Assembly (NCBI GenBank): GCA_963730935.1
Contig: CAVSTP010000004.1
Location: forward strand, 1,440,001 to 1,504,000
Length of the DNA stretch: 64,000 nucleotides
Origin: an uncultured Nitrospiraceae bacterium
GTDB lineage: Bacteria > Nitrospirota > Nitrospiria > Nitrospirales > Nitrospiraceae
Reading direction: 5' to 3'
Made by a program: the position numbers and the translations under genes. The notes under the pieces are model-generated. The model saw only the letters and a list, made by a program, of their open reading frames with translations. It was not told the origin of the DNA and did not search any database. Below, in pieces: positions 31,085 to 42,104 of this stretch; within the stretch, counting starts at the first letter, position 1; each line of letters opens with the position of its first letter.

Positions 31085-31594
31085 CAGCGACCTCCTTGCC
31101 GGTGACCCGGACGATAACCCGCTCGCGAGAAGATGACAATCCCCTTGGTGGAACTCCGAAGAACGAGGTCGACCGTCCTGAACTTTTGATCTCCCGTGCT
31201 CGCGAAACGCGCGCCCTGATATAGACCGGATAATACCGGTTGACTAAGCTGCCCCTTCACGCGCAGTGTGGACTAACGACGTTTCAGCCCCGTTGGCTGC
31301 CCCATCCCTCGCGTTTCCTGGTCCTTCCTAGCGCGACCGATTCTCCAGTCTCCGCCGCTCCAACGCCAGCATCCCTCTGAAGCACTCTTCACGAGGCATC
31401 GCATGAGTCTAAGGATGTGTGCCGGGAGTCTGTCCGAGCTATGCGCGCCGTATGGCATGGTCAACTCGGCATGCGTAGTCGGGAGCAACGGCCCCGGACG
31501 CGCAGCGACTCAACGTGATCTTCATGCCGAGAACATCACCGATATACAGCTGAGGAGTCGCTGATGAGACCCAGGGAAACAAAGGAGGCCGGTC

Positions 31595-31924
31595 ATGGTC
31601 AAGGCCTACGTCCTATTGGTCAGTAGTCTTATCCTGAACACATCGATGGCAGTCGGTTGCGCGAGTGGCTTCGTGGAGCCAGCGAGTACGCCCCCCGCGG
31701 AAACGTACAAACACCTCAGTGACCAGGCGGTACTCTACCGTCAGGAGGCCGTGGACCTTCGGGCAGCCGCCCAATACTATGAAGGGGAAGCTCAACGGTC
31801 TGCCTGGGAGACGGGCCAGGACTCGGATCGGACGCAACGCTATCGAGACTTTGCCCAACAAGCTTCGGTGCAGGCCCTGGAGGCCGATCGTCATGCCGAA
31901 GAGTACCAGCAGCAGTTGCTGTGA
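31595..31924 (+). CDS. Lipoprotein, hypothetical
   Basis: AGGAGG RBS, AVGC lipobox and helical body. Confidence 0.7.
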   Translation: MVKAYVLLVSSLILNTSMAVGCASGFVEPASTPPAETYKHLSDQAVLYRQEAVDLRAAAQYYEGEAQRSAWETGQDSDRTQRYRDFAQQASVQALEADRHAEEYQQQLL

Positions 31925-32021
31925 TGAGCTAAGCCACGTCGCGAGACCGGATTAACGCGTCAGGCACCTTTTTCATCGCGCGCAGTGAGCACTGCCTCTA
32001 GGTTGCCATCTGCTGTTGGAA

Positions 32022-32501
32022 CTAGCCGGATGTCTCAGCGTCCAGTCGCTCGAGACCCTCTCGGGCTTGAGCCACATAATAGCGATAGCGGGGTTGAGGA
32101 AAGTTTGTGACGATCATCTGAAACATCTCACGTGCAAAGGACCGCCGTCCTCTTTCCCGCGCGATCTGACCGGCACGAAGGGCACAGGCCGCAGCCATCG
32201 CCGATGGATCCGCCGAAAGGCGGACGCTCGGTCCCATGGACGCCGGCTCCTCACTCTCAGGGGATATCGGATTTCCGGCGGAGTCCGTCATGTTCCCGGC
32301 GAGGCTCAATCGTTGTGCATCGACACGCATCGCATCAAGGTCTTCGCTTTGTGAGCAGTGGGTGTAGATGCCCCACACATCCATAAAGCGGCCATTGTCA
32401 GCGAGCAATGGTGTTGAGGATTGGCTGCTCGTGCCGCATCCGCTGATTGCCAGCGGCAAGATCAGTACGAGGATGAACCACCAGCGATGCCTTTGACGCA
32501 T
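32022..32501 (-). CDS. Lipoprotein, hypothetical
   Basis: ISGC lipobox and a C-terminal TPR-like helix pair. Confidence 0.7.
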   Translation of the reverse strand: MRQRHRWWFILVLILPLAISGCGTSSQSSTPLLADNGRFMDVWGIYTHCSQSEDLDAMRVDAQRLSLAGNMTDSAGNPISPESEEPASMGPSVRLSADPSAMAAACALRAGQIARERGRRSFAREMFQMIVTNFPQPRYRYYVAQAREGLERLDAETSG

Positions 32502-32689
32502 AAGACGCACTCTTTCCTTCTTTCCTGTTGTTCGTAACAAATACTTACACTGGGCGCAATGAGTATATGCAGTGCCCCCCAGTTGTGACTGCCACCCCGG
32601 CGTCAAGAAAAGACTCCCGACCCCCTTCCCATGCCTCAGACGGCAGGATCGGGAGAACAGCAGAACGTCGTCAGGTGTCTGGAAACTGA

Positions 32690-33082
32690 TCAGAACGGGA
32701 TGCGGAGACCCATCTGGAATTCACTCGGGGTGACACCCTGCCCAAACAAACTTCGAAGACCAGGATCAGTTTGACTGGAAGGGCTGCTATTCAACGACCG
32801 GTCTACATCTGAGGAATAGCCGTGACCAAAACCTGCACCGATATAGGGCATGATCCTGGTCCCTTTAACCGAGTAGTCTCCGCTGATGGAGGGAATGTCC
32901 CGGAAAGCTTTCGAGGCCGTCAATGATTCGAGAGAGAGGGCAGCTTCCTGGCCAACCATCTGGTTCTTTAAAGAGGCCGGATCGACTTTGTCGATAGTCC
33001 CCTCACCTGCCGCTCCCAGATTGGGGAGTGACAATAGAGCCAGAAAACACGTCACCGATATGATCGCAGCAGGGTGCCTCAT
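32690..33082 (-). CDS. Exported hypothetical protein (beta-strand C-terminus)
   Basis: Signal peptide, PYIGAGFG and terminal QMGLRIPF. Confidence 0.65.
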   Translation of the reverse strand: MRHPAAIISVTCFLALLSLPNLGAAGEGTIDKVDPASLKNQMVGQEAALSLESLTASKAFRDIPSISGDYSVKGTRIMPYIGAGFGHGYSSDVDRSLNSSPSSQTDPGLRSLFGQGVTPSEFQMGLRIPF

Positions 33083-33168
33083 CTGCCAGGGTCCCTTCCC
33101 ATGATTTTCAACATATAAAACACAATACCCAAGAGTCAAGCTCCGCGACGCCAATACCCATCATTCTG

Positions 33169-33348
33169 TCACGGCTTCTTTCGATATACGTTGAGCCCAA
33201 CCTTTTCCGCCCGATCCGGAATCGTCACATTTCCCTCCGTCGAGGCGATGATGATGGTCTTCCCCGATGCAGAGGGTCCAAACTCCTTCGAGAGATCCAC
33301 CCTGATTGTCAGCATCGTTCCCTCGACAGTCATCTCAACGTTCTTCAT
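33169..33348 (-). CDS. Conserved-looking small hypothetical protein
   Basis: MKNVEM...LTIRVDLSKEFGPSASGKTIIIASTEGN...GLNVY, with GAGGAG RBS. Confidence 0.8.
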   Translation of the reverse strand: MKNVEMTVEGTMLTIRVDLSKEFGPSASGKTIIIASTEGNVTIPDRAEKVGLNVYRKKP

Positions 33349-33573
33349 GATGGTCTCCTCCCCACCGGTTCGACTCGGTGAACCCCCACAGCACATAGGT
33401 CTGCGTTGAATAGAAACGGCTGAGGCAGATTACATCGGCTCGCTTATTATTGATAGCAGCCGTTACGGTCCATTCCAACGCGCGTCGGGAAGAAGAAAAG
33501 GGGACAGGCTACTTTTCAGCAAAAGCCTGTGGAAGGCGTATGAGGCGAGCGGAAAGGAAGTGTTTGGCGATCG

Positions 33574-33894
33574 TCACCATTGCCGATTGGTCCAATTAAT
33601 TTCCAGCTCTCGTTGCTTGAGTTCACCGTACAGACGCTCGAGGTCCCGGCCTTGCGGAGTACTGTCCAGCACAGCGGCGAGCGATTCTTGGCTGAGATGG
33701 CTCGAGGCCAGAGCGGCTGCAACCTTCTGGGCCTGTTCAGGAGTCGCTGTCTCGATCACGGCCAACTCGCCGTCACCGGATCGCACAAAGGCAATGGTGG
33801 CGGGGGGATGCTCTTTCACGAACGTTCTCAGTCGCTGCTCAAGCGCTAACGACAGCGGCGTCTCATGAGGGATATAGATTTTCGAGCCCACCAT
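33574..33894 (-). CDS. Hypothetical protein
   Basis: 106-aa ORF with a paralogous fragment at 17020. Confidence 0.65.
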   Translation of the reverse strand: MVGSKIYIPHETPLSLALEQRLRTFVKEHPPATIAFVRSGDGELAVIETATPEQAQKVAAALASSHLSQESLAAVLDSTPQGRDLERLYGELKQRELEINWTNRQW

Positions 33895-33907
33895 ATTTGG
33901 AAAGCCT

Positions 33908-34105
33908 TCAATCCAGGGGTTTCACGTTGTTGAGCAGATCAAGCGCGCTGAACTCGATCAGGTCTTTCTCCTCCCTCGTCAGCATGCCGTTGTGCGCCAA
34001 CCGCTGATGCAGGGCTTCGCACGCGCTGATGAAATCCATCGTTTCCTGAGACAACATCAGGCGGCTCTTTCTGAGCTTGTCTGTCGAGCATGGGATCGAT
34101 TCCAT
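33908..34105 (-). CDS. Small hypothetical protein
   Basis: Paralog of 21064..21222. Start uncertain. Confidence 0.55.
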   Translation of the reverse strand: MESIPCSTDKLRKSRLMLSQETMDFISACEALHQRLAHNGMLTREEKDLIEFSALDLLNNVKPLD

Positions 34106-34384
34106 GCGCGCCCACGACCTAACTGAAGTGTCGTGGACCCGTCTCCGGCCGCGGCTATGGGAATAATTTGATGACATGCGTTTCTCCCGTACAGACGCTT
34201 CTAACGTTCATAGGCGGTAGCGCTCAACGACACTTCATCTCACAGCCCATGCCTCTCGGCCAGGCAGACTGCTCATTGAAACCATACCACCCGCCGCGGG
34301 CGATTGTCGCAGTAAAAGGATCGTTCTAATGTTTCAGCGTAATAGTTGACGACCCTCCCGGCTCTGCTAGACTTTTCCCACACC

Positions 34385-35555
34385 ATGTATCAGACGCTGA
34401 TTGCAGCGTGCCTTCTCCTGGCTGTCACGGAGGCCGCCCACGCGGGCCCGCGACAAGACATCTTTCGCCACGCCAAAGCGGCGACCGTGCTCATCGTCGG
34501 GACCGACGAGGCCACTCATAGCCTCTCCCTGGGAAGCGGATTTTTCGTGGATGCCGGCGGCCTCGTGGTCACCAATGCCCATGTGATCGAGGAGAGTTCC
34601 CGTCTCTACGTCTATGTCCTCGATCGAGAAATTTATGACGCCCCGGAGGTCGTAGCCGTGGACGCTGATGCGGATCTGGCCGTCCTCCGCATCCCGCACA
34701 CCCCGTCCGATTCGCTCACTCTCGCAGCGGACCCGACGCCCGAAGGGACCGAAGTCATCGCCGTCGGCTATCCCCGGATCACGGATATTCTCAACATGGG
34801 CTTCGCACTGCATGCCACGAGCATCCCGGGGACGGTCAGCGGCCTCGTGCAGGGACCATCAAGGACGAATGGACGAGCCACAGAGTTTCTTCAAACCACC
34901 GGTCTGCTCAATTTCGGGAACAGCGGAGGTCCGCTCGTGCGGAGCGACTCCGGCGAGGTGGCGGCCATGGTGGTCACCACCGTCCCCTACTTGGAGCGGG
35001 CGAAAGATGCGCAGGGCGTTGCGATCGGAAGCGTCATGATGAAATCGGGTATCAGTTATTCAATCCCGGCCTCGACGATCCGGCAATGGCTGGCCGCGAA
35101 ACATCTGTCGACATCCCCGCCTCAACCGGTCTTGGTCCAACCGCCGCTCACCGACGCCGTTAACCCCAAAGCCGACCGTGCCTTCGCGACCGGGCATCTG
35201 CTGCAAACCATGGCGATGATGCTTCATCGAGGATGCCGATCTCTTGAAGCTGGCCGTCCGCCACTATAATGTGGCCGCCGAGCTCCGGCCGGAGGCTTCG
35301 TGGATCTTCCGGAAACTCGGGTCGGCGCATGCATCGCTCGAGCAATGGGATCAGGCAGTACAAGCCTACCGCAAGGCGTTGGCTCTGGCCCCCGATGATC
35401 CGGAACTCCGCGCCGATGCGGCCGTCGCCCAGCAGCGATCGGGCCGGGCCGAGGAAGCGGCGACGTTGTCGCAAGCCACGCTCAAAGACACTCGCCTCAA
35501 ATCCGCCGTCTCTGCTGAGATGGCCGGAAAACTCAACGCTGAAACTGCAAAATAA
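34385..35555 (+). CDS. Trypsin-like (S1C) serine protease with C-terminal TPR; frameshift near 35228
   Basis: GSGFF, TNAHV, DLAVL and GNSGGPL. The TPR continues in ORF 35244..35555. Confidence 0.85.
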
Positions 35556-35576
35556 ATGGGAGTGAGTAAAACGGGA

Positions 35577-35602
35577 TTGAGCCGGCTCCTAGGCCGGCTC
35601 AA
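35577..35602. terminator. Hairpin between convergent genes
   Basis: Perfect inverted repeat TTGAGCCGGC-tcctag-GCCGGCTCAA. Confidence 0.65.
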
Positions 35603-35616
35603 GCCGTGTAAACCTT

Positions 35617-35937
35617 CTACTTCGGCGCTCCAGCAGCTGCCTCGGCAGGTTTAATGGACAACGCGTGGCCCTTTTCCGACGCCTGGGCCTCGATCTTATC
35701 GCCGGCCTTCAGCGCACCTTCCACCTTAGTGGTTTTATCGACATGCAAGCGGATTTCTTTGCCTGAAGCATCCTTCACCACATAAAACTCTCCGTCAATC
35801 TTCAGCAGGTCGCCTTTGATCGCCTGCGCGCCAGGTGCCGCCTTATCGCCCGACGCTGCCATGGGCTCAGCTGCGTACGTCAGGGATGTCATCCCAAGGA
35901 TCGCTGCGAAACCGAGCAAACCGAGAAGCTTCTTCAT
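35617..35937 (-). CDS. Exported small beta-barrel/OB-like hypothetical protein
   Basis: MKKLL signal and IKGDLLKIDGEFYVVKD..GKEIRLHVDKTT....LKAGDKIEA. Confidence 0.8.
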   Translation of the reverse strand: MKKLLGLLGFAAILGMTSLTYAAEPMAASGDKAAPGAQAIKGDLLKIDGEFYVVKDASGKEIRLHVDKTTKVEGALKAGDKIEAQASEKGHALSIKPAEAAAGAPK

Positions 35938-36312
35938 GGGAACACCTCCTTGAGAATAATTGTGTAGGGACAAGTAGTACATCTACTGTAGGCGCTCCTA
36001 TGCACCTGAGCAACCGGTATTTCATAGGCCCTAGGCGTTATTTGGCTCGGACAACATTGAGCAATATTGACCAGACATCCTCTTGCCTCCACCGGAGAAT
36101 GGACTGCACTCTCCAGTTCCGCGTACATCCCTGCGAGGCATCTGATGGCAGCTCCTTACACTCCAGTCATGCAATCGCGTATAGCGACGATCACAGCAGA
36201 CCACATCTGGACCCGGCACTGTCCGGCGTGCAGAAAGTGGCTGCAAAAAACCTCGCCTTTGGCTTCCTGGATCTGCGCCTGCGGATGGCGATGTCCGTGA
36301 GGCTTGCCCGGG

Positions 36313-36443
36313 CCTAGGCCTTTTTTTTCGCAATCAGATCGTTCTTCACGGATTTCACACCCGGAACTTGCCAGGCGGACCACGATATTTGGGCACTCGT
36401 CGGGAGGTCGGCCACTTCGCTGCTCAATGAGACCACACCTGCG
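36313..36443 (-). pseudogene. 3' fragment of a BON-domain gene
   Basis: Encodes AGVVSLSSEVADLPTSAQISWSAWQVPGVKSVKNDLIAKKKA*, matching the end of 15338..15889. No upstream part is present. Confidence 0.85.
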
Positions 36444-36514
36444 AAGGGCCAAGAAGCGTAAGAGATAGAAATTTGTTTCGTGCATACGGGCGAGAAGATT
36501 CTGCAAGGACCAAC

Positions 36515-36820
36515 ATGAAAGCAGACACATATAGATCGCTGCAGCGTAGTTGGGTGTTAGCACGCAAGAGACGGGCCGTGGATAAGAAAGGTCTGGCAGT
36601 CGCCCTCACATTTCTCGTCGCCATGTTCGTCGGGGTCCGGGAATGCGGCGACACAACGATAGAACAGGTCAGCAGCGCCTTGCAGGAGCAGCCGGATCTC
36701 TCGACTGAAATCGAGATCCGTTCGGCAGGCAGGATGGCTCGCGAAGCGGAGTTTTCAGGGCCAGTTCAAGCGATGACAGCGGTCAGGCGAGACCTGGACG
36801 ACCCGAGGCTGCCGCGGTGA
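36515..36820 (+). CDS. Hypothetical membrane-anchored protein
   Basis: One TM segment and AAGGA RBS. Confidence 0.45.
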   Translation: MKADTYRSLQRSWVLARKRRAVDKKGLAVALTFLVAMFVGVRECGDTTIEQVSSALQEQPDLSTEIEIRSAGRMAREAEFSGPVQAMTAVRRDLDDPRLPR

Positions 36821-36922
36821 CACGACGCGGGGTCTTCCTAGTTACTGAGTAGGGACAACCGCGTACAGGCTGTAACCTCGCTAGAAGTGGATTGGGGCAA
36901 ACCATTTACCGGAGGTGCCGAC

Positions 36923-37276
36923 ATGCTCAGGAATGCAATCTGGGTTATCGTCTTCGGACTCATTCTTGGTGGTTGTGCAAGCGACCCAAAGATAGAAACG
37001 ATGCAGTCTTCTGGTGGCACTACATCCACCGTGTCGAGCCCGACGATGTCCGCTCCGGCAGCCACCGAATCGACTTCCACAAGCCCGAAAATGTCCACTG
37101 CGCCGGCCACCGAACCCAAGTCCATGAACCAGGCGAAATCAGAGACCCGTATCGCGGCAGGAGTTGAAGAAGAGACGTTGGACACGTGTCTGGGCCGCAT
37201 TCCCAAGGATGCCACGGCGGGCCAGAAGATGATGGCTGAGCATACGTGCCGTCGGGATTTTTCGGGTCGCCGTTAA
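36923..37276 (+). CDS. Lipoprotein with S/T/P-rich linker
   Basis: LGGC lipobox, duplicated SPxMSxxxATE, C-terminal Cys pair and GGAGG RBS. Confidence 0.8.
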   Translation: MLRNAIWVIVFGLILGGCASDPKIETMQSSGGTTSTVSSPTMSAPAATESTSTSPKMSTAPATEPKSMNQAKSETRIAAGVEEETLDTCLGRIPKDATAGQKMMAEHTCRRDFSGRR

Positions 37277-37292
37277 AGGTTCCTCGTGCACT

Positions 37293-37328
37293 AAAAAAGG
37301 GGACACGCAAATCAGCCTGTCCCCTTTT
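37293..37328 (+). terminator. Rho-independent terminator-like hairpin (related to the GGGGACAGGCT motif)
   Basis: AAAAGGGGACA...TGTCCCCTTTT. Confidence 0.65.
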
Positions 37329-37456
37329 CCCTCTGAATCAGCCCTCCGTTGTGTACTCCAACCTTTCCCTCACTAGGTGATCTCCTCGTCTCCGTCAACG
37401 GGCGATCCGTTTACCATTGAGCGGGGCCTCTCACACCTCTCAAGGAGGAAAGAGCT

Positions 37457-38431
37457 ATGACACAGACAATGCCGTCTACCATGCGGGCCGCCGCCATAGA
37501 CCGGTTCGGCGGTCCTGAGCTGATCGTGTTGCACAAGCTGCCCGTGCCCGAAGTCGAGCCCGACGAGGTGCTGATCCGAATCGAATCGGCTGGCGTGGCC
37601 GAGTGGGACCCGCTCGAGCGTGAAGGCGGATTCGTCAAGATGCTTGGCATGACGCCGACCTTCCCGTATGTGCTCGGCACCGATGGAGCCGGTACCGTCG
37701 CCGCAGTCGGCAAGCAGGTCACGGGATTCAAGGAAGGAGACAGGGTCTACGGCGCCTCTCTCGCAAATCCCAAAGGCGGGTTCTATGCCGAGTACGCCTC
37801 CGTGAAGGGTGAGTATGTGTCGCGCATTCCCGACAAGCTGTCGATCGAACAGGCGGGCGTGATGCTCTCCGACGCCGTCACAGGCCTGCGGGGTCTGGAC
37901 GACGTCCTCAAATTGAAGCGCGGAGAGTCGGTGATGATCTTCGGCGCCAGCGGCGGCATCGGGCATATGGCCGTGCAACTGGCCAAACGGATGGGTGCGC
38001 GCGTCTTCGCAGTCGCATCCGGCGACGACGGAGTGTCTCTGGCAAAGCGATTGGGCGCCGACGCCGTCGTGGACGGGCACCGGGATGACGTGGCCGCCGC
38101 CACTCGAAGGTTTTCCGCTGACGGCGTGGATGCCGCACTCGTCCTGGCCGGTGGCGAGGCCGCCGATCAGGCGCTCACGGCCGTGCGCGACGGCGGACGC
38201 GTCGCCCATCCCAACGGCGTAGAACCCGAACCCAAAGCGCGGCCCGGTCTGAAGGTTAGTGCCTATGACGGCCAACCGGACCGCCAGATCATCGACAAGC
38301 TCAACCGGCTCATCGAGGCGGGTCCATTCGAGGTCCACATCGCCCACATGTTCCCGCTCGAGCAAGCGGCTGATGCGCACCGGGCGCTCGAGGCGCACCA
38401 TCTCGGCAAGCTGGCACTGCGACCGCGTTGA
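37457..38431 (+). CDS. NADPH:quinone reductase-like MDR oxidoreductase
   Basis: MRAAAIDRFGGPE, FPYVLGTDGAG, GASGGIGHMAVQLAK and AHRALE...GKL. Confidence 0.9.
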   Translation: MTQTMPSTMRAAAIDRFGGPELIVLHKLPVPEVEPDEVLIRIESAGVAEWDPLEREGGFVKMLGMTPTFPYVLGTDGAGTVAAVGKQVTGFKEGDRVYGASLANPKGGFYAEYASVKGEYVSRIPDKLSIEQAGVMLSDAVTGLRGLDDVLKLKRGESVMIFGASGGIGHMAVQLAKRMGARVFAVASGDDGVSLAKRLGADAVVDGHRDDVAAATRRFSADGVDAALVLAGGEAADQALTAVRDGGRVAHPNGVEPEPKARPGLKVSAYDGQPDRQIIDKLNRLIEAGPFEVHIAHMFPLEQAADAHRALEAHHLGKLALRPR

Positions 38432-38484
38432 GGATGACGTGAAGGACCATTATCTTAGATGTGAGATCTGAGAGCCTGGCTGCT

Positions 38485-38925
38485 GCGGTCGGCATTCTCA
38501 CCCGCCCAACCCTGGGCAATCCTTTTCACCCACCGACCCACCGATTGCTTTGCAATCGTTTACCCGGGACGCGCCTTTTCCCAGGCGGCGATGGCGAGAC
38601 GCACTGTTCGAGGTTCGTTCAGACGCAGTCTGGAACGAACCAAGTTGCGGAGCCAAGCAGCGATAGCACCATGCGGTTTCACTCATCGCTGAGCAATGGC
38701 GACCCTCCGCCTGTATCCCTTCTGGTGTGCGCGTTGGGCGAGCAAAGGAAGCTGCCTAGCCTACCCATTCACTATTTTGCGGAGCCAAGCAGTGGGAGCG
38801 CACTGCGTTTTAGCCCTCGCCTGAGCAGGAATGGCCTATCCACCCTCTACCACCAAATTGCGGAGCCAAGCGGCGGTCTGCCATGCAGCTTCACCCATCG
38901 CTGAAGCGTGGACAACCACCCTCCC
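38485..38925 (-). repeat. Modular repeat: C + A + B plus three copies of a ~70-bp subunit
   Basis: TTGCGGAGCCAAGC...CATCGCTGAGC-type unit at ~38645, ~38777 and ~38858. Confidence 0.88.
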
Positions 38926-39366
38926 CTAACGCTCATTCACATAGTAGCTCGGCAAGAGGGATCCCAACCCCTCTTTGATCTGACCGACGAGGTTGCTGAT
39001 CTGATACGCTTCCTCTCCGAGCGCTTGGACATCTTCCGCGGTCTTCGTCCCGTTCGTCTTTGGTTGACAGACGGCGTCAGTGAGAACGTAGTACTGATGG
39101 TTCACTTTAGAGAACAGCGTCGTCAGCTGCTCGTCGATTTTTGGCTGCAGGGTTCTGCGGTTGTCGATATCGAGGTCACGGATAATCCATAACGACAATC
39201 CAATCAGCGCGAGACCTCCCAGTCCTAAGAAGGCGTCAGTCCATCGGATCTCTCGACGCCACAAAATGATCATCACCACGACGATGAGCACTATGAAACC
39301 CAGACCCATGCCAAACAACATGCCATAAGATTCTGCAAGCCTCCAAAGAACGTCGGTTGTGGTCAT
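38926..39366 (-). CDS. Membrane protein, hypothetical
   Basis: Two TM segments and GAGGAG RBS. A degenerate 5' copy lies at 44155-44320. Confidence 0.7.
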   Translation of the reverse strand: MTTTDVLWRLAESYGMLFGMGLGFIVLIVVVMIILWRREIRWTDAFLGLGGLALIGLSLWIIRDLDIDNRRTLQPKIDEQLTTLFSKVNHQYYVLTDAVCQPKTNGTKTAEDVQALGEEAYQISNLVGQIKEGLGSLLPSYYVNER

Positions 39367-39620
39367 GGTGAGTCTCCTCATGGCAGGTGATGGCCACTCA
39401 GCCTATTCGCATCTGAAAAAGAAAAATGGCCCAGTTATCTCGGCCTTTGATAGCACAGGCAGGTTTGACGAAAAAGTAGCCTGTCCCTCTTTGCCTCTCC
39501 AAACGGGCGGTGGAAATCGGCATCACAAGGGTGATGACTCCTGCTTGGCCTCCGGGTACTATTGACCCGGCCTGAAGGGGGACGGCGTCACGGCGGAGCC
39601 ATTCCCCTCGAGGAGATCCT

Positions 39621-41769
39621 GTGATCCCCAATTGGCGGATCGGAACCAAGCTGCTCGTCCTCACCGTCCCGCTCATCGCGGTAGCGACACTGCTGGCGAC
39701 ATGGACGCTGCACACGCGCAATGCAGAGCGCCTGCAGGAAATGCTCAAGCACCGCGCCCACAGCATTGCGGCTCAAGTCATGGCCGATCGGCAGTACTAC
39801 GGCGCTGTGGTCGTGCCCCGCGTGGGTGACCTGAAAGGCTCGCTCGGACCCGACTATCGTGACGTTCACGGGCGCTTTCCATTACCCGCGACCTTCGTGC
39901 GCGAGGTGTCCGAACAGCTCGCCCGTTCGGGAGACGGGTACATCACACGGCTGATCAGCCCCTGGCCGATCAACAAAGAAATGGGACCAAAAGATTCGTT
40001 CGAGACCGACGGATTCGCGGCGCTGGCCCATAGTCCCGGCGACCCGTTCGTGAGGACCGATACGGTGGAAGGCCGAGCGGTCATGCGGGTCCTGATGGCC
40101 GATGTTGCCACGTCGACCTCCTGCGTCAGCTGTCACAACGCCCATCCGCAGAGTCCCAAACATGATTTTCACCTCTACGATGTGATGGGCGGCCTGGAAG
40201 TCATCATCCCGATGGACCAGTATCTCGAGGAAACCCGGCAGGACATGGCAATGACGCTAGGCAGTGGACTAGTCCTGTGCTTCCTGGTGTTAGGCATCGT
40301 GTCCGTCGGCGCGCGGTGGACCGTGACCCGTCCGTTGGCTCACATCGCGGAGCGGATGGCGCAGTTCATGAGGCAGCAGCCGGATGAGCAGGTCTCGGGG
40401 CAAACACCGGCATTACCCAGCGGGGATGAAGCGGCCTACCTGACGCAATCGTTCTCCAAGATGGCGAGCGTCATTCGCTCGCAGCAGACCGCCTTGCAGG
40501 AAGCCAATGCCTCCTTGGAGCAACGCGTGCAGGAGCGAACGGCCGAGCTGCGCCGCACGATGGCCGAGAAAGAGCGCATCGGGAGCGAACTTCGAATCGC
40601 CAGCGAGATCCAGAAATCAATTCTGCCTCGCACGTTCCCGCCGTTCCCAGACCGCGAGGACTTCGAGATTTATGCGACGACGATCCCGGCGCTGGAAATG
40701 GGCGGAGATTTTTACGACTTCTTCTTGATCGATGACAAACGGCTCGGCGTCGTCATCGCCGATGTCTCGGGCAAAGGCGTCCCGGCGGCCATCTTCATGG
40801 CCGTCAGCCGCTCGCTCCTCAAAGCCACGGCGTTGGCGTCCGTCTCTCCGAGCGAATGTTTGGAACACGTCAATCGGCTGCTCTGCCCCGACAATGATTC
40901 CGCGATGTTCGTGACCGTCTTCTACGGCATCCTGCATACCGACACCGGGGAGTTGGAATTCAGCAACGGCGGCCATAACGTCCCCTATGTCATCGGCGGC
41001 GAGCGCATCGTCCCCGTCGGAACACCGGCGGCCATGGCACTTGGCGTCCTGAGACGATGCGCGGTATCACACCAGCCGCATGTCGCTCAACGCCGGCGAG
41101 ACGCTCCTGCTCTATACCGACGGGGTGACGGAAGCGATGGACGCCCAGGGCCACCTCTTCTCGACGCCGCGGTTCGAACAGACGCTTCAACGGCTGGCCG
41201 ACCAGCGGCCCGTGCACCTCCTCACGAAGCTGGTTGAGGACGTGCAAGCGTTCTCCAGCGGGGCCTTGCAGGCGGACGATATCACGCTGCTGGCGCTGCA
41301 ATATCGGCAGCCGGCCCTTCTGGAACTCACACTGGCCAATCGCTCCTCTGAACTGCAACGGCTGGCCTCGGAGTTGGAGCGGTTCGCACAGAACCATCGG
41401 ATTCCGGAGCCGGACGTGCACGCCGTGTCGTTGTCCCTCGACGAAGTCATCACGAACACCATCGCCTACGGCTACGACGATCAGGGAGCGCATGACATCC
41501 GGGTGCGTCTGACGCTGGCGAACGGTCGGCTGTCTGCCGAAGTCGAGGACGATGGACGGCCATTCAATCCGCTCACGGCTCCCAAACCGGATCTCACGAG
41601 CGGCGTCGAAGATCGGCCGGTGGGAGGACTCGGCATCCACCTGGTGCGATCGCTGATGGAGCAGGTCGACTATCATCGCGAATCCGGCAAGAATCACCTC
41701 ATCATGAGCAAGCGGCTGAGCGCGGTCGCGCAAGCCGAGACAAAGGCGGGACATCATGGAGATTTCTGA
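39621..41769 (+). CDS. Heme-c sensor (DUF3365/Tll0287-like) + HAMP + SpoIIE/PP2C phosphatase + anti-sigma-type HATPase fusion; frameshift near 41051
   Basis: CVSCH between two TMs, ELRIASEIQ, GGDFYDF, ADVSGKGVPAA, LLYTDGVTEA, DDIT, EVITN, DDGRPFNP and GGLGIHLV. Confidence 0.88.
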
Positions 41770-42094
41770 GCGGAAAGTGGGCGAGGTTTGTGTCGTAGGG
41801 ATTAACGGAAGGCTGGACTCGGGCACCTCGGACAGCCTCGCGCAACGGCTGCACCATCTGATCGATGGCGGGGAACGACGCCTGGTGATCGATGGAGAAA
41901 AGCTCGACTACATCAGCAGCACTGGGCTCCGGGTGCTGCTCGTCGCCGCCAAACGCCTCAAGGCCGTCGATGGCAGGATTGTCCTCTCGTCGCTCAAGCC
42001 GCATATTCTCGAGGTCTTCGAGATCGCCGGCTTCACGTCTATCTTCCCGATCTACGGCACCGCCGATCAGGCCGCAGCACAGATCTCGGCGTAA
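41756..42094 (+). CDS. STAS-domain anti-sigma-factor antagonist
   Basis: GRLDS...LDYISSTGLRVLL...VFEIAGF, overlapping the upstream gene. Confidence 0.92.
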   Translation: MEISERKVGEVCVVGINGRLDSGTSDSLAQRLHHLIDGGERRLVIDGEKLDYISSTGLRVLLVAAKRLKAVDGRIVLSSLKPHILEVFEIAGFTSIFPIYGTADQAAAQISA

Positions 42095-42104
42095 GTTTGG
42101 AGTT

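Noticed and set aside
38640..38925. Repeated units as a CRISPR array
   Set aside because: Only three degenerate units with irregular spacing, part of a dispersed repeat family, and no cas genes in the window.
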